64,000 bases of DNA, from positions 345 to 64,344 of the forward strand of contig CASZWJ010000008.1 in NCBI GenBank assembly GCA_949493535.1, in the 5' to 3' direction. Below, in pieces: positions 57,459-64,000 of this stretch. The DNA comes from an uncultured Alphaproteobacteria bacterium (GTDB lineage: Bacteria; Pseudomonadota; Alphaproteobacteria; RF32; CAG-239). How positions within the stretch are numbered: the stretch's first letter is position 1; each line of letters begins with the position of its first letter. The notes under the pieces are model-generated. The model saw only the letters and a list, made by a program, of their open reading frames with translations. It made no database searches and had not been told where the DNA came from. A program made the translations under genes and the position numbers.

Positions 57459-58901
57459 ATGGCAGACATCTCATTAACAGCAAGCATGCGTTCTAATTTA
57501 TTGTCTTTACAAAATACTCAAAAATTGATGGATATGACGCAAGAGCGTTTGTCTACGGGGAAAAAGGTCAATTCCGCAATTGATAATCCTTCTTCGTATT
57601 ATACGGCGCAGTCATTAAATAACAGGGCTAATGATTTGAGCTCTTTGCTTGACAGTATGGGACAGGGAATTCAGACGTTGAAAGCGGCTGATGAAGCAAT
57701 TAAGACGATTACGTCTTTTGCCGAGCAAGCGAAAGCTATTGCCAGTTCCGCTCGTGATGTTCCCAGTTTTTATGATAAATATGCTATTACATCGGAAGAG
57801 GTGTCTGAGCCTGTAAGCGGAAGCTTTATTGTTGATGCGCGTGATAATCTGAGTAAATTTACTCTTGATGTGAAGCTTGCCGATCAGCAGGCCGGTGCTA
57901 AATTTACGATTTATAATTCTGATGGCGGAACTTCTCTGGTTGATCTCTCGGAGCTTACGGGAACACCTGATCAGGATAGCGTAACGGCTTTCGTCGTGAA
58001 TAAACTTCAGGGGCTGGGTTTGAATGCTAAAGCTGAAACCGCTGCTGACGGTTCTTTTACCGGAAAAATTGAGGTGTCCAGTACTGACGGTACGGCAATT
58101 TCTTGGGTGAATGATGCGACGACGGGAATTGCTGATGATTCAAGTGCGGCACGTTTGGTTACATTGGATAAAGACAGTACCGGTGCAAACTCTGCGACAA
58201 TAGCAGCTGAAATTTCTCGTGTTGCAAAAGATCCTGCGGATAATGGTTTAATTGCAGAACCTTATGCCAAGACGTTTTCTATTACGGCAACGGGCAAAGA
58301 ATTCAGGGTTTTTGCTGTTCCCGGAGATTTGGAAAGCGAAAAAGTTCTTGAAACATTGGGAATAGAGGGTAGCCGTAAGGCTGGCGATGCTAAGGAAATT
58401 AGCGCGGAAAGAGTTAGTTATGCTAAACAGTTTAATGATATTCTTGAGCAGATTGACGCTTTGGCTAACGATGCGGGTTATAAAGGCGTTAATTTGTTGC
58501 AGGAAAATAACCTGAAAGTTATTTTTAACGAAAGCCGTTCGTCTTTGATTGAAATTCAGGGCGTTGATGCGTCCTCTAAGGGTTTGGGTATCTCTCAGGC
58601 TCAGGATAACTGGCAAAAAGACAGTAATATTGAGTACTCGATAGGTAATATTGAAAAGGCTATTTCAAAATTGCGCACCATTGCTTCCGAGTTTGGTAAC
58701 AACTATTCCGTAGTGCAGAGCCGTGAAAACTTTACGGATAATGTTATTAACGTCTTAACGGAAGGCGCCGATAAGTTGATTCTGGCGGATATGAACGAAG
58801 AATCGGCAAATATGCTGGCTTTGCAGACCAGACAACAATTGGCGGTCAATTCTTTGAGCATGGCTTCTCAGGCGGCTCAGGCAGTGTTGAAATTGTTCTG
58901 A
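57459..58901 (+). CDS. Flagellin, Caulobacter FljK-type
   Basis: Start MADISLTASMRSNLLSLQNTQ after a GGGAA RBS. RLSTGKKVNSAIDNP and the C-terminal LALQTRQQLAVNSLSMASQAAQAVLKLF match the alphaproteobacterial flagellin pattern. The ORF-track start at 57369 is an extension. Confidence 0.85.
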   Translation: MADISLTASMRSNLLSLQNTQKLMDMTQERLSTGKKVNSAIDNPSSYYTAQSLNNRANDLSSLLDSMGQGIQTLKAADEAIKTITSFAEQAKAIASSARDVPSFYDKYAITSEEVSEPVSGSFIVDARDNLSKFTLDVKLADQQAGAKFTIYNSDGGTSLVDLSELTGTPDQDSVTAFVVNKLQGLGLNAKAETAADGSFTGKIEVSSTDGTAISWVNDATTGIADDSSAARLVTLDKDSTGANSATIAAEISRVAKDPADNGLIAEPYAKTFSITATGKEFRVFAVPGDLESEKVLETLGIEGSRKAGDAKEISAERVSYAKQFNDILEQIDALANDAGYKGVNLLQENNLKVIFNESRSSLIEIQGVDASSKGLGISQAQDNWQKDSNIEYSIGNIEKAISKLRTIASEFGNNYSVVQSRENFTDNVINVLTEGADKLILADMNEESANMLALQTRQQLAVNSLSMASQAAQAVLKLF

Positions 58902-59138
58902 TTCTTTTTGTCGGATTTAGAGAGACTCGCTGGTTTTATATTATTTTTGCTTTTTTTATTATCAAAAAATTAACTTTTTATATCTACTATAAACAATAGA
59001 TATAAGGGAAAACAGGTTTTTGTAAGACTTTGGATTGAGAAAGGCTGTAAATTCAATGCGTAAGGCTTAAATAACTTGTGAAAGGATTTCGTCCTTAAAA
59101 AAGGCATTGCTTTGATGCTGATTTTGTGTTAATATAAA

Positions 59139-59168
59139 ACTTGTAATGTTAGTAGAACATTCACAAGT
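59139..59168 (+). promoter_or_regulatory. 5'-UTR inverted repeat of flagellin 2
   Basis: ACTTGTAATGTT-agtag-AACATTCACAAGT (one bulge), about 30 nt upstream of the ATG. Confidence 0.45.
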
Positions 59169-59197
59169 AATGTGTTCCAAAGTATTGGAGAAAGAAA

Positions 59198-60619
59198 ATG
59201 GCAGATATATCACTTACAGCGAGCATGCGCTCAAACCTGTTGTCATTACAGAATACCCAGAGTTTGATGGATATGACACAAGAGCGTCTCTCCACCGGAA
59301 AAAAGGTTAACTCGGCAATAGATAACCCTTCTTCCTACTATACAGCTCAATCATTAAATAACCGCGCAAACGACCTTAGTGCATTGCTTGACAGCATGGG
59401 GCAAGGTATTCAGACTATTAAAGCGGCTGATGAAGCTTTAACAACAATTACTTCTTTTGCAGAACAAGCAAAGGCTATCGCAAACTCCGCTCGTGACGTT
59501 TCAGGTAACTTTGATAAATATGCAATTACTTCAAACGAGGTTACCGAAGGAATTACCGGCGATTTCGTTTTGGATGCCCGCGCAGATTTAAGTACCTTTA
59601 ACTTAAAATTGTCTACGGCAGATAAATCGGCCGGTGCTAAATTTACCGTATATTACGGTAACAATCAGTCAAAAGAAATCACAATTGATGCAGCAACCGT
59701 CACGGCTGGCGATACGTTGGGCGATATCACATCCTACGTTGTTAACCAATTGCAAGGATTGGGATTGAATGCAGAAGCAGATGCTTCCGGCAATGTCAAA
59801 GTTTCCAGCACGGATGGCACAGCTATTTCTTGGGTAAATGGCAGCGGTGCTACCAAATTGGCTGATGACGCAAGTGCTGCTAAAAAAGTATCCCTGACCG
59901 CCGATGGCAATGGTGCAAACTCAGCAACAATTGCCGGCGCAATTAAAGATGCCGGCGTAACCGGTTTAACTGCTGCTGCAGATGGTAAACACTTCTCTGT
60001 AATGGCGAAAGATTTGCAGTTCCGCATTTTTGCAGCTGACGACAGCCTTGCCAATAAAGAAGCTTTGGATAAATTGGGCATTGAAGGCAGCCGCAAAGCC
60101 GGCGATGCTTCTGCTATTACAGCAGAACGTACCAGCTATGCCAAACAGTTTAACCAGATTCTTGAGCAGATTGATGCTTTGGCAAATGATGCAGGGTACA
60201 AAGGTATTAACCTGTTGCAGGAAAATAACCTGAAAGTTATTTTCAACGAAGACCGTTCGTCAATGATTGAAATTAAAGGTGTTGACGCATCATCTAAAGG
60301 TTTGGGTATTTCTCAGGCTCAGAATGATTGGCAAAAAGACAGCAACATCGAAGCAGCAATCAGCAGCATTGAAGGTGCTATTTCAAAATTGCGTACAATC
60401 GCATCTGACTTTGGTAACAACTACTCTGTAGTTCAAAGCCGTGAAGAATTCACTGACAATCTGATTAACGTATTGACTGAAGGTGCAGACAAATTGACTT
60501 TGGCTGACATGAACGAAGAGTCCGCAAATATGTTGGCTCTGCAGACCAGACAGCAGCTTGCTATTAACTCTTTGAGTTTGGCTTCTCAGGCTGCCCAGTC
60601 AGTTCTGAAATTGTTCTAA
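59198..60619 (+). CDS. Flagellin paralogue, Caulobacter FljK-type
   Basis: The N-terminal ~110 aa and C-terminal ~150 aa are nearly identical in protein to flagellin 1, but with many synonymous DNA differences. The central domain is divergent. Confidence 0.85.
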   Translation: MADISLTASMRSNLLSLQNTQSLMDMTQERLSTGKKVNSAIDNPSSYYTAQSLNNRANDLSALLDSMGQGIQTIKAADEALTTITSFAEQAKAIANSARDVSGNFDKYAITSNEVTEGITGDFVLDARADLSTFNLKLSTADKSAGAKFTVYYGNNQSKEITIDAATVTAGDTLGDITSYVVNQLQGLGLNAEADASGNVKVSSTDGTAISWVNGSGATKLADDASAAKKVSLTADGNGANSATIAGAIKDAGVTGLTAAADGKHFSVMAKDLQFRIFAADDSLANKEALDKLGIEGSRKAGDASAITAERTSYAKQFNQILEQIDALANDAGYKGINLLQENNLKVIFNEDRSSMIEIKGVDASSKGLGISQAQNDWQKDSNIEAAISSIEGAISKLRTIASDFGNNYSVVQSREEFTDNLINVLTEGADKLTLADMNEESANMLALQTRQQLAINSLSLASQAAQSVLKLF

Positions 60620-60636
60620 GTCTAATCTTAAGAATA

Positions 60637-60668
60637 AGACTCCCGGTTATTAAACCGGGAGTTTTTTT
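60637..60668 (+). terminator. Rho-independent terminator after flagellin 2
   Basis: ACTCCCGGT-tattaa-ACCGGGAGT plus T7. Confidence 0.85.
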
Positions 60669-60819
60669 ATATGTGATATTGCAAATGCATGCTTATGGCT
60701 TGGGGGTTCTTAAGGATAAAATCGACATAAATTTTGACAAAATATTTTTAATGTGCTTGTATTTATATTATTTTCATGTATACTAGTGAGTTGAAATGGA
60801 CAAAATGCAAGAGTGAAAT

Positions 60820-62619
60820 ATGATGGAATATGAAGCATTAATGGCTGAAGTCAAAAAAGCTTTGGCTGAAGATAAAGATATAAAAATCAAAGCGGCGGAT
60901 ATTGATCATTTGTCTCCTGAGCAGATTGATAATATTCAGAATATATTTAATGAATTCAGTCTTAAATATATTGAACAGGCGCGTCAAAATAAACAAATAG
61001 ATGATGAGGCCGCAGAGTACCTTTCCGGAATTTATGGCGATGCAATGGAAACCTATCGCGTGCTTTACCGTAATATAACGGCTTCACTGCTGAATGAATA
61101 CCGTCCGGATAAAATCAGGCGTTTGAAAGAGTTGGGCGAAGAACTTGCCCCGGATGAGATTAACGCAATTGATCTGGATACCGGTATTGTTGAAGAAAAC
61201 GTAGCTGTTGACGGCCTTCATAATAATATGTCCAAATATAAAGAATATCAAACCAAGCATATTACGCCCTTTACGAATATGCGGCTGACTTTTTATGATT
61301 TCCGTGACAATCCGGTATATGTTATTTTGCCGGGATTGAAGAATGTGCGTCGGGCAATTGATAAAATAAAAATGCCGGTTTATGACGAGCAGGGCAAACT
61401 TATATCTGCCGGCGGCAAGTATTATATGCACTATCGTGAAGATGTTTCTAAAATCCGGCTGAAATATATAAAAGAATTGAGCAGTAAATACGGTGCCGAT
61501 ACGATCGCTTACCGTAAAGCATTACGCAAACTGGAACCTCAAATCCGGCGCGAAATAAGCATGCTTCCCAAACCACATCAACATTTGAAAGATGTTGTCC
61601 GCATGACAATAACGCGCAAATATTATACGGATACGACTGAGACATTAGATATGTTTATTAATGCGCCGCAATACAATGTGAGCGTTTCTGAAATAAAAGA
61701 TAGCTTCCATGATAACAGCAATGACTTTTCAAAATACGGAACAAAAAACTATCGTGAGAAAAGAGCTTATTTGAATATGGAAAACAATGGGAATCTCTTT
61801 CAGGTTGAAACGCAAATTAAAATAACCAAGCTTTATGAAGGCGATATTCACACGCATTTGATTTATGCGGGAGAAGAAAATGCCGAAAGCCGCGATAACA
61901 GCCTTTTATTGATAACGTCAAAGAATACAGGACAAAAAGGTTTGCGCTTTTGGGAAGAGAATATCGGGCGTTTTAAGGGAACGGCTGATCGTCTGATTGC
62001 GAAAATGAACATTTTTAAGCACCAGCTGGCAATTCAAAAGATTAATAAGGATTCTATAAGGGCTTATAACCTTCAGGTTCTGGATAAAGCTTTCCGTATT
62101 GAAGATGCCAAGTTGGCGAACGGCCGGCCGTTTGATGCCGAAGTTTATAGTCCGCAGAGACGCGCTAATGAACAAATCTTTAGCAGCGTTGCCGAATTTA
62201 TTTCCAGAAATTTTATTTACCGCCCTTTTAAGGCTTATGATATGGAACAGGCTTTTAATGTAAAGGATGATGAATTGAAATCCTTGGGGTTATTGGTAAG
62301 GTCAGAACAAATTCAGGATTTTGCAGACCGTTACAGTTCGTTCATTATGGAAAAATACAACGGGCGGATTAGCGGTCATGAAACGTCATATATAAGCGAT
62401 TCTTATTATGACGCCGATTATCCTGAACAAGTTCTCAAAGATGAAAGTTTTCCGGATTCAGATGAACTCGAGGTCTTGGAGGCATTGGAAGGGGAAGGCC
62501 AATCGGAATATATTTATAAAAGACTTGATAATAAACGCAGAAATTATCATAATAAACGGCATCAAGCCATGAAACATAATTTAAGAAAGGCTTTTTATAA
62601 AAATCTTATGACCCGCTAG
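60820..62619 (+). CDS. 599-aa orphan protein with a possible divergent RelA/SpoT-like nucleotidyltransferase core
   Basis: Long ORF with its own promoter region. Motif remnants LKNVRRAIDKI, DVVRMTI, KDSF...NYREKRAYLNM, VETQIKITKL and HTHLIY fall in the order of RSH synthetase motifs. This was judged by eye only. Confidence 0.6.
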   Translation: MMEYEALMAEVKKALAEDKDIKIKAADIDHLSPEQIDNIQNIFNEFSLKYIEQARQNKQIDDEAAEYLSGIYGDAMETYRVLYRNITASLLNEYRPDKIRRLKELGEELAPDEINAIDLDTGIVEENVAVDGLHNNMSKYKEYQTKHITPFTNMRLTFYDFRDNPVYVILPGLKNVRRAIDKIKMPVYDEQGKLISAGGKYYMHYREDVSKIRLKYIKELSSKYGADTIAYRKALRKLEPQIRREISMLPKPHQHLKDVVRMTITRKYYTDTTETLDMFINAPQYNVSVSEIKDSFHDNSNDFSKYGTKNYREKRAYLNMENNGNLFQVETQIKITKLYEGDIHTHLIYAGEENAESRDNSLLLITSKNTGQKGLRFWEENIGRFKGTADRLIAKMNIFKHQLAIQKINKDSIRAYNLQVLDKAFRIEDAKLANGRPFDAEVYSPQRRANEQIFSSVAEFISRNFIYRPFKAYDMEQAFNVKDDELKSLGLLVRSEQIQDFADRYSSFIMEKYNGRISGHETSYISDSYYDADYPEQVLKDESFPDSDELEVLEALEGEGQSEYIYKRLDNKRRNYHNKRHQAMKHNLRKAFYKNLMTR

Positions 62620-62627
62620 GAGGCAAA

Positions 62628-63761
62628 ATGCGCCGCATATCATTGTTTTTGTTCGGTCTTTTGGCAACGACTTCGTTGGCTCAGGCTCAAGCTGTATTAT
62701 CTTTGGATGGAGACAGTGTCGTTTCATCGCCGGCTCAGCAAGAGCAGGCTAAAGCACCTGACGTAAAAACAAATACGGAAAATAAGGAAAAAGATAAAGG
62801 TATTTTTTCTTTTTTGAATTTTTGGGATAAAAAGAAGAAACCGGATGTTCAGATTGAAGCCGGTTCGACAGAAACGGTTTTGGAAAAATTAACCCGTATG
62901 GCCGGAGAAGGAGATGTCAACGCGCAGCTGACTTTAGGCTATATGTATCTTTACGGCGAAGACGGCGTTGAGGTTAATCACAAGAAGGCTTTTGAATATT
63001 ATAAAATGGCTGCCGAGCAAAATGATGATGTAGCTGTTAATAATCTTGGTAGCTTGTATTACAGCGGCATAGGAACAAAGCGAAATTCTTTGGCTGCGGC
63101 TCAAATGTTTGCCAAGGCGGCTAATTTGGGCAATGTGGAAGCTACGGTCAATTTGGCTTTTATCTATCTTTCCGGTTATGGCGTCTCTCAAAATCCGGAA
63201 GAAGCGATGAAGCTGTTTGAAGTCGCTTCGAAAGAAAATAATCCGACGGCTAATTTTATGATGGGCTATGCCCATTTCAAAGGGTACGTTGTTAATAAGG
63301 ATTTGCGCCTTGCTTTCGATTTGATTAGAAAATCAGCCAATGCCGGATATGATGATGCCCTTTATATTCTGTCTTTAATGTATATGAACGGCTGGGGAAC
63401 GCCCCAAAACTATGGTAATGCCGTGCGGGCGCTGAATAAAGCCGTAGATCAGGGCAATGTTGCGGCAATGATGGAACTTGGCAATATTTTGGCTGTAGGG
63501 CAGAAATATCCGCGCGATATCTATAAAGCCCATATTTTGTTTAATATTGCATCAGTTCGCGGAGCAGAGGATGCCGACAATCGACGTAATATTCTTGAAC
63601 AAAATTTAGAAATTGAAAAATTGCTTCAAGCGCAGGCAGAGGCAGAAGCTTATGTTGAAAAGCCCAGCGAGTTAACGGTTTATATTCATCGCACTTTTGG
63701 CGATAATATAAAGAAATATATTAATGACGGGATTGAAGCGCGTAATAAACATAAAAAATAA
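62628..63761 (+). CDS. Secreted Sel1-like repeat (SLR) protein
   Basis: Signal peptide LFGLLATTSLAQAQA and at least six SLR units (e.g. AFEYYKMAAEQNDDVAVNNLGSLYYSGIGTKRN). Starts 8 nt after the previous gene. Confidence 0.8.
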   Translation: MRRISLFLFGLLATTSLAQAQAVLSLDGDSVVSSPAQQEQAKAPDVKTNTENKEKDKGIFSFLNFWDKKKKPDVQIEAGSTETVLEKLTRMAGEGDVNAQLTLGYMYLYGEDGVEVNHKKAFEYYKMAAEQNDDVAVNNLGSLYYSGIGTKRNSLAAAQMFAKAANLGNVEATVNLAFIYLSGYGVSQNPEEAMKLFEVASKENNPTANFMMGYAHFKGYVVNKDLRLAFDLIRKSANAGYDDALYILSLMYMNGWGTPQNYGNAVRALNKAVDQGNVAAMMELGNILAVGQKYPRDIYKAHILFNIASVRGAEDADNRRNILEQNLEIEKLLQAQAEAEAYVEKPSELTVYIHRTFGDNIKKYINDGIEARNKHKK

Positions 63762-63877
63762 AGGCAAAAATCCTTCTTGGCTTGTTGTAATTTGAGGCTA
63801 TGCAGAAAGATTATTGGTTATAGGAACTCTTTTTATCGGACGCAGTTTATTAGGTAGCTCTGAGCGGATTAAGCCAT

Positions 63878-63911
63878 AAAAAAACGCAGATAACTTATCT
63901 GCGTTTTTTTT
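63878..63911. terminator. Bidirectional terminator
   Basis: AAAAAAACGCAGATAA-ct-TATCTGCGTTTTTTTT. Confidence 0.8.
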
Positions 63912-63926
63912 GAATGTTAGTTGCTT

Positions 63927-64000
63927 TTATTTTCCGGCCGGTTTAACCGGAGCATTAACTTTCTTTTGCAAATCTGCAATCAAAGCATCAATATTGCCGC
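63927..64000 (-). CDS. 3' end of an unidentified minus-strand gene (partial)
   Basis: The open minus-strand frame ...GNIDALIADLQKKVNAPVKPAGK* ends with TAA at 63927-63929, just upstream of the terminator. Confidence 0.4.
   Translation of the reverse strand, partial: GNIDALIADLQKKVNAPVKPAGK

Noticed and set aside
59101-59197. Sigma54 (GG-N10-GC) or sigma28 (TAAA-N15-GCCGATAA) promoters upstream of the flagellin genes.
   Set aside because: Only poorly spaced partial matches were found (for example GGCATTGCTTTGATGC has 12-nt spacing). No promoter class can be called from sequence alone.

Overview
This 64-kb segment looks chromosomal and mostly housekeeping, from a moderately AT-rich Gram-negative bacterium. 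It is most consistent with an Alphaproteobacterium: it carries flbT plus two Caulobacter FljK-type flagellins, and a yfgM-like/bamB/der arrangement. hydF and a Bat (aerotolerance-type) operon suggest an anaerobic or host-associated lifestyle; this is inference. About 60 protein genes are supported, including der, bamB, a GGDEF cyclase, tkt, pyrF, fba, rpe, phoB, tgt, lemA, dtd, an MsbA-like exporter, tyrS, anmK, type-2 ileS, alr, tatD, tcdA, hydF and an ABC-F ATPase. Many Rho-independent terminators delimit the transcription units. I saw no rRNA, CRISPR array, transposase, integrase, or recognisable defence or toxin-antitoxin genes. The items most worth a second look are: (1) an orphan ~460-nt promoter-to-terminator unit (20068-20563) holding three in-frame copies of a start-codon-led 24-nt block (M-[H/N]-R-I-R-D-E-T) that varies only at codon third positions, so either tandem micro-ORFs or a new RNA motif; (2) a non-canonical tRNA-like gene with an Ile (GAU) anticodon, a long repeat-bearing leader and its own terminator, directly upstream of ileS; (3) a 599-aa orphan protein with RelA/SpoT-like motif remnants, co-oriented with a Sel1-repeat protein just downstream of the flagellin genes; (4) three large acidic orphan genes (42.1-49.1 kb), one with a 36-nt tandem coding repeat; (5) a Bat operon that lacks moxR/DUF58, has a fused BatB-BatC with a Q/N-rich tract, and ends in an M15 D-Ala-D-Ala dipeptidase. 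All family assignments come from motif recognition by eye. No searches were run.
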